DNA of 64,000 nucleotides from an uncultured Poribacteria bacterium (lineage in GTDB: Bacteria; Poribacteria; WGA-4E; WGA-3G). Below the pieces are notes generated by a model. The model worked only from the letters and a program-made list of their open reading frames with translations, was not told the origin of the DNA and did no database searches. Positions 47,753 through 58,396 of this stretch are shown here, in pieces. The stretch is taken from positions 288,001-352,000 of the forward strand of contig CATQHZ020000001.1 in NCBI GenBank assembly GCA_958296135.2. Direction: 5' to 3'. The first letter of the stretch is position 1. Each line of letters starts with the position of its first letter. A program made the position numbers and the translations under genes.

Positions 47753-48862
47753 ATGGCAATCCATCAACTTGAAATCCAACTCATCGCGATTGTTGTCGCC
47801 GTGGCTTGTGCCTTGCCCGGCGTATTCCTCGTCCTCCGCAGGATGACGCTGATGAGCGACGCGATTAGCCACGCAATCCTCCCAGGCATCGTGCTCGCCT
47901 TCTTTCTCACAGAAAGCCTCTCGTCACCGCTCCTCATTCTGGCAGCGGCCGGCACCGGGGTCCTCACCGTCCTTGTCGTTGAACTGCTACAACGGACGAA
48001 ACTGGTAAAAGCGGACGCAGCGATAGGGTTGACATTCCCCGCGCTTTTCAGCATCGGCGTTATCCTCATTTCGCGGTTCGCCGGCAACGTGCATCTTGAT
48101 ATGGATGCCGTGCTACTCGGCGAACTCGCGTATGCGCATTTAAACCGATTAGAGGTTTTTGGCATCAATCTGGGCCCCGTATCCCTCTACGTCATGGGCA
48201 CGATTTTGGTGCTGAACCTCACCTTTATTCTCCTCTTTTACAAGGAACTGAAAGTCGCCACGTTTGATGCGAGTTTGGCTGCCTCGCTCGGTTTCGCGCC
48301 CGCGCTCATTCACTACGGGTTGATGACGTTGGTATCCATCACGACGGTGGGCGCGTTTGACGCAGTCGGCTCCATCTTAGTCGTCGCGTTGATTGCCGGC
48401 CCGCCTGCAACTGCGTATCTGATAACAGACAGTCTTGCGCGGATGCTCATCCTGAGTGCTATCCTCGGCAGCGTGAACGCTGTCAGCGGCTACTGGCTCG
48501 CGCACCTCTTCGATGTCTCCATTGCCGGCGCGATTGCGACGACGACGCTGCTCATGTTCGGCATCATATTTTTGGGTGTGCCCGAGCGCGGGGTTATCGC
48601 CATTGCACGCCGCCGACACCGCCAGAAGTTGGAATTTGCACAGACGATGCTCGTCATCCATCTCCTCAATCACGAAGGTTTGCCAGAAGCCGCGCAGGAA
48701 TCACAGGTATCTCATCTTCAGGAACATCTACGGTGGGAGGGGCAGTTCGCCGCCCAAATCGTGAGATACGCTTTAGAGAATCGCTGCGTATCCCAAGCGA
48801 ATGGGCAATTGGCCTTGACAGCGCGCGGGCGGGGTATTGCCCAGGAGGCACTCGTTCAATAA
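47753..48862 (+). CDS. Mn/Zn ABC transporter permease (TroD/MntD) with a C-terminal winged-helix-like extension
   Basis: MSDAISHAILPG, VHLDMDAVLLGE, AFDAVGSILV and C-terminal LTARGR. Confidence 0.9.
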   Translation: MAIHQLEIQLIAIVVAVACALPGVFLVLRRMTLMSDAISHAILPGIVLAFFLTESLSSPLLILAAAGTGVLTVLVVELLQRTKLVKADAAIGLTFPALFSIGVILISRFAGNVHLDMDAVLLGELAYAHLNRLEVFGINLGPVSLYVMGTILVLNLTFILLFYKELKVATFDASLAASLGFAPALIHYGLMTLVSITTVGAFDAVGSILVVALIAGPPATAYLITDSLARMLILSAILGSVNAVSGYWLAHLFDVSIAGAIATTTLLMFGIIFLGVPERGVIAIARRRHRQKLEFAQTMLVIHLLNHEGLPEAAQESQVSHLQEHLRWEGQFAAQIVRYALENRCVSQANGQLALTARGRGIAQEALVQ

Positions 48863-48954
48863 AACCAAATTAGGCTGACCAGGATGCGTCGCCCACCAGC
48901 AGCGCGAACCTGAAATAAGTAGCGCGTAACTGCACTTTTTTGCCCACAAAAAAC

Positions 48955-48983
48955 TTGTATTAAAATGTGCGTTTTGGTATGCT
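48955..48983 (+). promoter_or_regulatory. Sigma70-like promoter ~340 nt upstream of the oxidoreductase gene
   Basis: TTGTAT-N17-TATGCT with an extended -10 TG. Confidence 0.5.
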
Positions 48984-49321
48984 ATGAGATGGGTGAATTC
49001 AGAAGGAATTGCACTGCAGTGTGTTACAGCGTTCCGCGCCATCCACGAGATGAAGCCCTCAGGAAACGCATGGACATGCTCTCGGAAAAATCTACCTAAA
49101 TCCAATGTTGCGGAAAAAATAATGCAAGGATACCTGTCTTGACAAAGATCACGTCTATCAAGACAGGCGAGCTGCGTTGTCAGACCGACTGACTACCGTG
49201 CAGGCAGTTTGCAAAAGACGTGACCGTTGTCAGATTGCCAAACCACTGTGAAGATGGTCTGGTAGGGAAACGTCATTAAACCAGCAGCACCTCGCCGAAC
49301 GCATTGCGAACGACAAAAAAT

Positions 49322-50452
49322 ATGAAAAACTACCGTATTGCAATCATTGGCCTCGGCGGCATGGGAAAGGCGCATGCCGAGGCAGTAGAATTAGAGGAAA
49401 ATTGTGAACTCGTCGCCGGGGCAGAGATTGATCTGGGGCGCGCGGCAGCGTGGGGAAAACGCTTCAATGTCACAGCCCTCTATGACGATTACGAGAAAAT
49501 GCTTGATGAGCAACACTCCGACATTGTCATTGTCCCAACGCAGGCACCGATGCACTACGCACCGACGATAGCGGCGGCACAGCGCGGCATCCACGTTTTC
49601 TGTGAAAAGCCGATTGCGTTGAACCTTATTGAGGCGGACGAGATGGTTGAAACCTGCGCCCGGCACAGCGTCAAGTTCGCCATTAACCACATCAAACGCG
49701 CCAGTCCCTACAATCGGCATGTCCTGTCGCTGATCGACAGCGGGGACATCGGCGACGTAGTCCTGCTGAAGGCGACAGACAAAGGCGGCAGGAAGGTTGG
49801 CAATTCGCTGATGGAGATGGGCACGCATCTCTACGATTGGGTACGGCTCTTCGGCGGCGATGTGGAGTGGGCACACGCGCACCTCGTTCAGATGGACGGC
49901 CGCGAGTCAACCGTTGACGACATTAAACATACCCAAGAAGTGCATCCGCACGACAGAGATGCAGGAATTGTGCTTGGCGAACGCGGACACGCCGCCTTCC
50001 GCTTCAAAAACGGCATCCATGCGGATGTCCAATACCTCGCGCAGCCGCAGACGAACGATAACGGCTACGGCATCGATATCATCGGTACCGAAGGACGCAT
50101 CGCTGTCCGAGAGAGCGTCGGCACGACGATGTTTATCCATCGCGGACAACACAAAACACCGGCAGATGCGTGGGAACCGGTGCATCTACCCGCGGAAGAC
50201 TTGGACGCGCACGGCAATCCGCGAGATAACGCATCGGTGCGGCTGTTATTGCAACGCCTAATGCTCCGAGATCTGATTGAAGCCATTGAGGCAGACCGGG
50301 AGCCGTTCGCAAGCGGCAGGGATGGACGGGATTGTCTTGAGATGATTCATGCGACGTGGGAGTCGCATCGTCGGCAGGCACGGGTGTATCTGCCGTTAAC
50401 GTCGCGCGAACATCCGCTTGAACGGTGGCAGAGAGAGGCGGGTGAAGTGTAA
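49322..50452 (+). CDS. Gfo/Idh/MocA family oxidoreductase
   Basis: IAIIGLGGMG, HVFCEKPIA and EMGTHLYD. Confidence 0.9.
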   Translation: MKNYRIAIIGLGGMGKAHAEAVELEENCELVAGAEIDLGRAAAWGKRFNVTALYDDYEKMLDEQHSDIVIVPTQAPMHYAPTIAAAQRGIHVFCEKPIALNLIEADEMVETCARHSVKFAINHIKRASPYNRHVLSLIDSGDIGDVVLLKATDKGGRKVGNSLMEMGTHLYDWVRLFGGDVEWAHAHLVQMDGRESTVDDIKHTQEVHPHDRDAGIVLGERGHAAFRFKNGIHADVQYLAQPQTNDNGYGIDIIGTEGRIAVRESVGTTMFIHRGQHKTPADAWEPVHLPAEDLDAHGNPRDNASVRLLLQRLMLRDLIEAIEADREPFASGRDGRDCLEMIHATWESHRRQARVYLPLTSREHPLERWQREAGEV

Positions 50453-50754
50453 AGTTCCAAGCGACTGAGTTCTCAAGACCTTGGTATTCGGGGTGTCCCT
50501 GCCGCCCCCTAGTGATTCTGGTTGCCGCCTTGACTACTCACACCGAATTGCTGGCAGACGCGTACAACTTGGCAATTCGCATCTTCCTGATCCCCCAGGG
50601 CATCGGATATCTGATTATTGGCGTGGAAACGTATACAGAATTTGGTGAATAATCGCGGTTACCATAGAAAAGGTGACGCACATGCAGAATACACGCATTT
50701 CTGATGAGGAGGGTTTGCCGAGCGCACCAGCAAACTCAGCTACAGGAGATAACG

Positions 50755-51630
50755 ATGAACGCAAAATCAATCGCGCGGCGTTTTGGATTGAGCACGGACG
50801 AACTTTCACAGTGGAACGAGAACGGTTACCTCGTCCGCTTGGATGTATTCACCGCTGAAGAGAACGATGCACTCCGTCAAGTCGCTGAAAACATTGTCGA
50901 TGGAAAACGCCCGTTTCCATCCGCACATATCGATCAGAACGCACTTGTGAAAGACGGGAAAGTGGAGGAGGCAGGCATCTACGCAATGCACAAGATTCAT
51001 CATCCGAGTTGTTACTGCCCAGAATTCCTCGCCCGTGTGCGAGACCCGCGGCTAACGGACCCGCTCGTCGATCTGCTTGGACCCGATATCCTCGGCATCA
51101 ACAATCTATTTATCTGGAAAGCTCCCAAGATTGGCCTCGGCTTCCCATGGCATCAAGACAAGTTCTACTTCCGTAGCCGATTTAAGACTGATACGACTAT
51201 CGGGACGTGGACTGCTATTGACGCGGCAGACCGGGAGAACGGCTGTCTCTATGTTATCCCCGGCAGCCACAAAGGCCATATTTTTCAGCACGATAACCTT
51301 GATGGCCCACAACAACAGGAGTTCAAACTCGCTCGCGGGGTCCGCGACGAAGACGGTGTTGCAGTAGAAGTGCCGCCCGGCGCGGTAATCTGGTTCCACA
51401 GTCACCTCCTGCATAAAAGCATGGACAACCACAGCCTGCGATTTCGCCGCAGCTACGTCTCCCATTACCTCAGTGCACACGCAGAATGGGCACGGCCTCC
51501 ATCGGAGAGGGGTCGAGGCCAACCTGTCATGTGGATTCGCGGTGAGACTTTCCACGACAAGATCCACGAAGTTGAACGCGACGTACTCGTTCCTGAATCC
51601 GAAGGAAAAATGGAACTTCGTCCAACTTGA
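50755..51630 (+). CDS. Phytanoyl-CoA dioxygenase (PhyH) family Fe(II)/2-oxoglutarate oxygenase
   Basis: PWHQD, NGCLYVIPGSH and LLHKS..N.S.RFR. SD AGGAG. Confidence 0.9.
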   Translation: MNAKSIARRFGLSTDELSQWNENGYLVRLDVFTAEENDALRQVAENIVDGKRPFPSAHIDQNALVKDGKVEEAGIYAMHKIHHPSCYCPEFLARVRDPRLTDPLVDLLGPDILGINNLFIWKAPKIGLGFPWHQDKFYFRSRFKTDTTIGTWTAIDAADRENGCLYVIPGSHKGHIFQHDNLDGPQQQEFKLARGVRDEDGVAVEVPPGAVIWFHSHLLHKSMDNHSLRFRRSYVSHYLSAHAEWARPPSERGRGQPVMWIRGETFHDKIHEVERDVLVPESEGKMELRPT

Positions 51631-51829
51631 TTTCACGGTAAGAAAGCATAATCGCGCTACAGCCTGCACAACTGCAGGACATGTCTCAAAACCAACCCCG
51701 TACGGTTTGAAACCGCACCTGCCGGATTTTTTTATTTCTCACTATCCTTTTTAGCCTGAGATGACTCTATATAACAGAACAAACGCAAAACGAGCCCGTA
51801 GGAGAGACCTCCCGCGTCTTGACACAGCG

Positions 51830-51967
51830 CACATCGGGACAGGGATGTCCCTCCTACTGAACACATCGGGACAGGGATGTCCTTCCTACATGAACACATC
51901 GGGACAGGGATGTCCCTCCTACATGAACACATCGGGACAGGGATGTCCCTCCTACTGAACACATCGG
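51830..51967 (-). repeat. Tandem array of four 32-33 bp GTAG REP units
   Basis: (CACATCGGGACAGGGATGTCCYTCCTAC[A]TGAA)x4, which reads GTAGGAGGGACATCCCTGTCCCGATGTG on the - strand. Confidence 0.9.
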
Positions 51968-52013
51968 CAACGCGCGTCCAGGGAACAACGAATTTGCGTC
52001 AACCTAAAGGAAA

Positions 52014-53633
52014 ATGAAAATGAAAAACCGAAATCAACAGGGCGAGCGGCACAAATGGAGTTCCGCCAAAACCGACTACGCGAGGCATTACCAACGAATC
52101 TGGTTCTCCATACTGGTTCTTGGAGCATTCCTATCAGGATGCATGATGTCATCCGGTGACCGGATCCGGCCATCCGTTGCCGCCGCCGAATTTAGTTTTC
52201 AGCAGGCCGAGGTTATCACCGGCCCCGCGAAACACCAAACCGTCTTGACCGGATTCCTACTCGGAGGCCCTATCGCGGAAATTGTCGTTGTGAATAGCGA
52301 CCGCGGCTTACGCATCTACGCGTTTAACGAGGGCACCTGGGTGCCGAAACTCAACGCAACGCTGCGTCCTGATGTGTTGTTCGTTGACGTAGCTAACATC
52401 GGTGGACGCGACCGGCTGATAACCTACGAACGCGGCAGCCTGAACTGGTTCGAGCCGGAATCGGCGACGGCACACACACTGGTGGAGGTTCCATCTATCA
52501 ATCCGCCTCCCACAGGCGAAATCCCGCATGTTGACATCACTCGCGATGTGAACGGTGACGGCCTTGACGATCTGGTAGTGCCAGACTTCGATGGATTCTC
52601 GGTATTCGTCCAACTGAACGATGGCGTATTCGCCGAACCAGTGAAACTCGGCACCTCCACCGAGATGGATAGCCTCTACGAAGCCGATGGATATCGACAC
52701 TATCCATGGAAACAGAATCGCATCCACGAAATGGACTATAACCGAGACGGCCGCAGCGATCTGGTATTCTGGGACGAAGCCCATTTTGAAGTTCACCTTC
52801 AGAACGAGCAGGGCATGTTTGCCCCGGTAGCCAAAACTTTCACTACCGATGTGGCATTTGACTCCGATAACCTCGGCACCCTCGCCGCGCCGCAAAAAAC
52901 TCGCCAGCGACAGAAAGACCACGGACTGACAGGAAAAATGACCGGGAGAGTGCTGCACGCGTTCACCGACATGAACGGCGACAGCATCGCCGACATCGGG
53001 ATTTTCTCTCTGAAGGGCGGAGGCCTGTGGAACATGTACTCCACCTACGAGGTGCATTTCGGCACGCCGACACCTGATGGCGGCATCATGTTCGCACCAG
53101 AGGAAAGCACTGAACTCCTGTCGGACGGCATCCCGTTTGGCATGGAACAACATGACTTCAACTTTGACGGCCAGGTCGACATGATGTTCACAATTCTCAA
53201 ACCGCGCGTCTTCAAGGCTATCGGCATGATTATTGACTCATTGCTGACAGGTTCGGTGACGATGGAGCTCAAGTTCTACCGCATGGAAAGCGGCAGTTAT
53301 CCCGACAAACCCACTACCTCTCGGCCGATCAGAGTCGAAACGACTGGCAAGTCAGGGGAAAGATCGCTCTATCCATCAGTACTCATCGGGGATGTGAACG
53401 GCGACAGACGCGCGGACTTGCTGGTGCAGCAGGGCAGGAAAGAGCTGCGCGTCTTCCTCGGTGTGCCGGGACCGGAACTGTTCACTCGGCGGGCTCAGAA
53501 GGTGGCAGTCTCAATGCCTCATGAGGAATACACTTGGCTAGTAGAGCTCAACAAGGACAGCAAACAGGACATCCTCATGCATCACCCATCCACTACCGAG
53601 CCACATCGGGTGACAACGCTGATCACTCGATGA
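52014..53633 (+). CDS. FG-GAP/VCBS repeat lipoprotein
   Basis: Lipobox LSGC; DVNGDGLDDL, DYNRDGRSDL, DMNGD, DFNFDG and DVNGDRRADL repeats. Confidence 0.8.
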   Translation: MKMKNRNQQGERHKWSSAKTDYARHYQRIWFSILVLGAFLSGCMMSSGDRIRPSVAAAEFSFQQAEVITGPAKHQTVLTGFLLGGPIAEIVVVNSDRGLRIYAFNEGTWVPKLNATLRPDVLFVDVANIGGRDRLITYERGSLNWFEPESATAHTLVEVPSINPPPTGEIPHVDITRDVNGDGLDDLVVPDFDGFSVFVQLNDGVFAEPVKLGTSTEMDSLYEADGYRHYPWKQNRIHEMDYNRDGRSDLVFWDEAHFEVHLQNEQGMFAPVAKTFTTDVAFDSDNLGTLAAPQKTRQRQKDHGLTGKMTGRVLHAFTDMNGDSIADIGIFSLKGGGLWNMYSTYEVHFGTPTPDGGIMFAPEESTELLSDGIPFGMEQHDFNFDGQVDMMFTILKPRVFKAIGMIIDSLLTGSVTMELKFYRMESGSYPDKPTTSRPIRVETTGKSGERSLYPSVLIGDVNGDRRADLLVQQGRKELRVFLGVPGPELFTRRAQKVAVSMPHEEYTWLVELNKDSKQDILMHHPSTTEPHRVTTLITR

Positions 53634-53704
53634 ACAAAAGTTTATAGGAAAGCACCCTTCCGATAAAACCCCGTTAGGGATGCAATGTTTATAGGAGAAA
53701 AATC

Positions 53705-54220
53705 GTGACACGCTTGATTTCTTGCCTCATCTGCCTCTTTTTGGGAGTCACTCTCAGTTTCTCGGTGAAGGCGCAAGAAACTGAACTCACCAAAGATTAC
53801 GGAATCGGATTTCAGGGAGCTACACCCGCATTTGGGGGCATCAGTTTTCGCTATTGCGGCCTGGCACCCGTATATCTGCAAACCGTTGGGCGTTTTATGC
53901 GCATCGACCAGGAGACCGACCACGTGTTAGGCGCAGGCGTTTCATACGCCATATTTGAGAAGCAACGCCGGTGGAACATCGCTCGACTTTATTTTACGTT
54001 AGAAGGCGGCTGGCGATATAAAAAAGCCTCGGAACTCCCAACCACCACGACGCTGGCAGGTGGACTCGCTTTTGGCGGCGAACTCGTGTTTTCACTCGGC
54101 GGAATTCCCCTCGGTTTGAACGTGGCAATCGGCCAGGGGTTCGGCAGGGAAAGCACGAGCACTGAATCTAAGCCTCTTGCTGGCGTTTACGTCGGCGCGG
54201 GGGTACATGCCTATTTTTAG
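53705..54220 (+). CDS. Small outer-membrane beta-barrel protein
   Basis: Signal peptide, alternating Gly/aromatic beta-strands and C-terminal HAYF. Confidence 0.65.
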   Translation: MTRLISCLICLFLGVTLSFSVKAQETELTKDYGIGFQGATPAFGGISFRYCGLAPVYLQTVGRFMRIDQETDHVLGAGVSYAIFEKQRRWNIARLYFTLEGGWRYKKASELPTTTTLAGGLAFGGELVFSLGGIPLGLNVAIGQGFGRESTSTESKPLAGVYVGAGVHAYF

Positions 54221-54245
54221 GTCTCTTTTTCAACAAGGATCAGAT

Positions 54246-56546
54246 ATGCACAAAAACAGCAACTGCTTGGCATTTATCTTCTTGCTACTTGCTATCACGC
54301 GCATCGGACTAGCCGACGAATCCGCGCTTAAAAACCCTGACGGGACATGGAAATGGACGAACCGGCTCATCCATGAAACAAGTCCCTATTTACAGCTTCA
54401 CGCGCACAATCCTGTAGACTGGTACCCGTGGGGCGATGAAGCACTCGCGCAGGCGAAAGCGGAGAACAAATTGATTTTCCTGTCTGTCGGCTATGCCACC
54501 TGCTATTGGTGCCACGTGATGGAACGCCAAGTCTTCTCAAATCCAGAAATCGCTAATCAGATGAACGCGGCGTTCATTAACATCAAGATCGACCGGGAGG
54601 AACGTCCAGACCTGGATGACATCTACATGACTGCAACGCAGCTCCTCATCGGCCGCGGCGGATGGCCGAACTCTGTCTTCCTCACCCCTGATTTAAAGCC
54701 GTTTTACGCCGGCACCTATTTCCCACCGACAGATATGCCGGGCAGACCGGGGTTCCCTACGATTTTAGAGGCAGTTCAGGAGGCGTGGACAACGCGGGAA
54801 TCGGAAGTCATCGCAGCGGCGGAACAACTCGTCGTGGCCATTGAAAACGCCACCAGCCGAAGGTTCATGTCGCTCTCCCCCGAACTCCCGAAGCGTGAAC
54901 TTATCACCGCCGCCATTGAGAAACTGCGCGGCACCTATAGCCAGAAATATGGTGGATTTGGCGGCGCGCCGAAGTTCCCAGAACCTGCTAACCTGGAGCT
55001 GCTCATCAGTGAATACGAACGCGCTTCGGATGCCGCCCTCCTAGAGATGGTAACCCACACGCTGGAGATGATGGCGCGCGGCGGAATCTATGACCAGGGC
55101 GGCGGCGGGTTCCATCGGTATGCTGTCGATGAAAAGTGGCTTGTCCCACACTTTGAGAAGATGCTCTACGACAACGCGCAACTCGCGAAAATCTATCTGC
55201 AAGTCTACGCGTTAACGAAAGAACCGCGCTATCAACGGATTGCTGAAGAGATTTTCACCTTTGTCGCCCGCGAGATGACAGCACCGGAAGGCGGATTTTA
55301 CGCCGCCTTGGATGCCGAAACCGATGCAGAAGAGGGAAAGTTCTATGTCTGGACAGCAGCGGAAATTGAGGGTATTCTCAAGAACAAGAACGCGAAGGCG
55401 TTCGCCAAGGTCTATGGATTAAACAAAGGCCCCAACTTTGAGGGCAAAAATGTCTTGTATGTCCCCACTGGGATAGGAGAGGCAGAAATTGCCGCGGTTG
55501 CTACTGAACGTGAAGCACTTCTCGCCGCGCGTTCGTTGCGCGAACGTCCGCTTTTGGACACAAAAATTATCGTCAGTTGGAACGGTCTGATGATAGACGC
55601 GCTCGCGAAGGGATATGAAGTGCTTGGAGACGAACGGTATCTCAATGCCGCGCAGAAAGCCGCTGAATTTATCCTAATCGCACTGAAACAACCAAACGGA
55701 CAATTGTGGCATACCTATACCGCCGGTGTCGCCAAATATGATGGGTATCTCGACGACTACGCCTTTTTCGTGCGCGGTTTGCTCAGCTTGTATCACGTGA
55801 CAAGCGAAACCCGTTGGCTGCGCGAGGCGCGAGAACTTACGGATACGATGATAGAACGCTTCTGGGACGACAAAAACGGCGGCTTCTATTTCACGCAGGC
55901 AGACGCGCAACACCTCATCGTCCGGACGAAAAAGCCGTTTGATGCCGCGCTGCCTTCCGGCAACGCCGTTGCTGTCCACAATTTTTTAACGCTAGGGGAT
56001 GCTTATCGGAACCACACTGAACAAACCCTGGTCAGTTTTCGTGCGGCGATGGAACAGCATCCGACCTCTTTCACGCACACTCTCTTCGCGCTGAATCGCT
56101 ATTTATCAGGCAGTGCGCGCTTTCAAAGCACGCCTACGGATGAAGTAGTCTCCGCAATAGCGACAATGAAACGCGTTGATGAACAAGGGTTTGAGGTAGA
56201 AGTAGCACTTAAAATTAAGGAGAGGTGGCACATTAACGCGAATCCGACTGCGCGCTTGCAAAGCGCGCCGCTAATTCCGACAACCCTCACCGTGGACGCA
56301 GATGCACCCGTCGAGATTGTCGCGGTGGCATACCCGAAAGGGATCTCGGCGCAATTCGCCTTCAGCGAAGAACCTTTGACAATCTATGAAGGCGAACTGA
56401 TAATTTCCGTTCAATTGAAACGTAAACCGGTGGTAGAAGAAACCTCCCGGGCGCAATTCTTCACGCTGAATCTCACTTATCAACCGTGCAATGAGACAGC
56501 GTGTTTACTGCCGCAGGTGCTTGACATCCCGATAGAATTCCCGTAA
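54246..56546 (+). CDS. Secreted thioredoxin-domain/(alpha/alpha)6 protein (YyaL/SSP411-like) fused to a DsbD-N-like domain
   Basis: [49 protein letters not shown] and [10 protein letters not shown]. Confidence 0.88.
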   Translation: MHKNSNCLAFIFLLLAITRIGLADESALKNPDGTWKWTNRLIHETSPYLQLHAHNPVDWYPWGDEALAQAKAENKLIFLSVGYATCYWCHVMERQVFSNPEIANQMNAAFINIKIDREERPDLDDIYMTATQLLIGRGGWPNSVFLTPDLKPFYAGTYFPPTDMPGRPGFPTILEAVQEAWTTRESEVIAAAEQLVVAIENATSRRFMSLSPELPKRELITAAIEKLRGTYSQKYGGFGGAPKFPEPANLELLISEYERASDAALLEMVTHTLEMMARGGIYDQGGGGFHRYAVDEKWLVPHFEKMLYDNAQLAKIYLQVYALTKEPRYQRIAEEIFTFVAREMTAPEGGFYAALDAETDAEEGKFYVWTAAEIEGILKNKNAKAFAKVYGLNKGPNFEGKNVLYVPTGIGEAEIAAVATEREALLAARSLRERPLLDTKIIVSWNGLMIDALAKGYEVLGDERYLNAAQKAAEFILIALKQPNGQLWHTYTAGVAKYDGYLDDYAFFVRGLLSLYHVTSETRWLREARELTDTMIERFWDDKNGGFYFTQADAQHLIVRTKKPFDAALPSGNAVAVHNFLTLGDAYRNHTEQTLVSFRAAMEQHPTSFTHTLFALNRYLSGSARFQSTPTDEVVSAIATMKRVDEQGFEVEVALKIKERWHINANPTARLQSAPLIPTTLTVDADAPVEIVAVAYPKGISAQFAFSEEPLTIYEGELIISVQLKRKPVVEETSRAQFFTLNLTYQPCNETACLLPQVLDIPIEFP

Positions 56547-56601
56547 ATACACAATTGTCAGGGCGGATGTCGTTCATATCCACCCGTGTATCGCAACGCT
56601 C

Positions 56602-57522
56602 ATGATGTCGCCAACAAACCACACAATTACTGCAATTACCGGCATTAAAGTCGGCCACGCCACCAATCCCACTGCCAGAACCGGTTGCACCGTCATCCTC
56701 TGTGAAGAAAGTGCGACAGCAGGCGTTGATGTGCGCGGCTCTGCCCCCGGCACGCGGGAGACAGAGGCTATTCGCCCCGGCCGCCTCGTCCAAAAAGCTC
56801 ACGCCGTATTGCTGACCGGCGGCAGTGCCTTCGGGCTAGATGCAGCAAGCGGTGTCGTCCAATACCTTGAGGAACGAAACGTCGGGTTTCTGGCAGGACC
56901 TGTACGCGTCCCGATTGTCCCCGCCGCCGTGATTTTCGACTTGGGGGTAGGCGACGCGAGGGTGCGGCCAGACCGGCAGATGGGATATGACGCATGCCTT
57001 AATGCCTCCGACGAACTTGTGCCGATGGGACCTGTCGGTGCAGGAACAGGGGCCACCGTCGGCAAGGGACCCAGAGTAGAGGCATCTCCTGGTGGCATCG
57101 GTTCGGCGTGTCGGCAACTCACCGATGGGCTGCTTGTCGGTGCGATTATGGTAGTGAATGCCCTCGGTAACGTCGTGCATCCGAAGACCGGGGAGATTGT
57201 CGCAGGAGCGAAGGAAAACGGCGCATTCGTGGATATTACCGAACGATTATTGGGGGCAGAACTTTTCGCGGGGACAAACACCACTATTGGCGTGATTGCG
57301 ACAAACGCCGCCCTCTCGCCTGCGGAAGTGACGAAAGTGGCAGAGATGGGGCACGATGGCCTCGCGCGTGCCATTCGGCCTGCACACACAATGTTCGATG
57401 GCGATACGCTCTTCGCGCTCTCCATCGGCACGCATACAAGCGATGTCAACACGGTGGGCATCCTCGCCGCAGAAGTTGTCGCTGAGGCAATTGTAAAAGC
57501 GGTTACCTCTCCTTTCCTTTAA
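56602..57522 (+). CDS. P1/S58 family peptidase (DmpA-like)
   Basis: GIKVGH, GVDVRGSAPGTRET, LTGGSAFGL, NTTIGV and HTMFDGD. Confidence 0.9.
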   Translation: MMSPTNHTITAITGIKVGHATNPTARTGCTVILCEESATAGVDVRGSAPGTRETEAIRPGRLVQKAHAVLLTGGSAFGLDAASGVVQYLEERNVGFLAGPVRVPIVPAAVIFDLGVGDARVRPDRQMGYDACLNASDELVPMGPVGAGTGATVGKGPRVEASPGGIGSACRQLTDGLLVGAIMVVNALGNVVHPKTGEIVAGAKENGAFVDITERLLGAELFAGTNTTIGVIATNAALSPAEVTKVAEMGHDGLARAIRPAHTMFDGDTLFALSIGTHTSDVNTVGILAAEVVAEAIVKAVTSPFL

Positions 57523-57540
57523 CGAAATCTTCCTATTTCT

Positions 57541-58388
57541 CGTCGCGCGAGGGCCGTTACGCCGAAACGTTGTCATCTCTGCAGCCTCGTTGCAGAGATG
57601 TCCACTGTCCCCCGCAATCCCTGCAAGCGTTACCGTAGCGCGAGGGCCGTTACGCCGAAACGTTGTCATATCTGCAGCCTCGTTGCAGAGATGTCCACTG
57701 TCCCTCGTGGGCACCCAACCTAAACGAAAAACAGCCCCGGAACCGTCGCGCGAGGGCCGTTACGCCGAAACGTTGTCATCTCTGCAGCCTCGTTGCAGAG
57801 ATGTCCACTGTCCCTCGCGAGTCCTTGGACCGAACGAAGAACCTCCCTTGAACCGTAGCGCGAGGGCCCGGCGATCGCTAATCGCCGAGGGTTCCCCTCG
57901 CGATCTCCCGACTAAACGAAAAACGTCCGCAGCCCCCGGGTTTCGGTCTTGTCTGCGACGATCGATGGATGGCGAGGCACAGGACCTCGCCCTACGGTTT
58001 GAGAGGCATTTTTAGTCCCCGTCGCGCGAAGGCCTGTCCCCCGCAATCCCTGCAAGTGTTACCGTAGCGCGGTGGCCTGTCCCTCGCGAGCCCTCAACCT
58101 AAACGAAGAACCTCCCTTGAACCGTAGCGCGAGGGCCTGTCCCTCGCGATCTCCCGACCTGAACGAAAAACCTCCCTTGAACCGTAGCGCGAGGGCCTGT
58201 CCCTCGCGATCTCCCGACCTGAACGAAGAACCTCCCTTGAACCGTAGCGCGAGGGCCTGTCCCTCGCGATCTCCCGACCTGAACGAAGAACCTCCCTTGA
58301 ACCGTAGCGCGAGGGCCTGTCTCCCGCGATGCTGTTTCTGTCTGAATTCAGACAGACATAGGATTGCGCGGTTTCCAACCGCGCCTAC
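57541..58388. repeat. ~850 bp REP-A mosaic: three stems with the 50 bp cassette, one with the short cassette, several plain stems, a 4 x 60 bp tandem array, and a terminal REP-B
   Basis: Cassettes at 57556, 57649 and 57759. The 60 bp period (58089-58330) is visible as near-identical consecutive lines. GCGCGGTTTCCAACCGCGCCTAC at 58365. Confidence 0.92.
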
Positions 58389-58396
58389 GAAACTGC

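Noticed and set aside
49045-49090. Echo of a glycine riboswitch (CTCAGG..GGAC..CTCT)
   Set aside because: No GGAGA or CCGAAG core could be found.
50700-50760. CTGATGAG hammerhead ribozyme core
   Set aside because: There is no stem II followed by GAAA.
51830-51967. Possible CRISPR array (32-33 bp repeats)
   Set aside because: The units are directly adjacent with no spacers.
58089-58330. Possible CRISPR array (60 bp period)
   Set aside because: The inter-palindrome segments are near-identical rather than unique spacers, the unit is the dispersed REP, and no cas genes are present.
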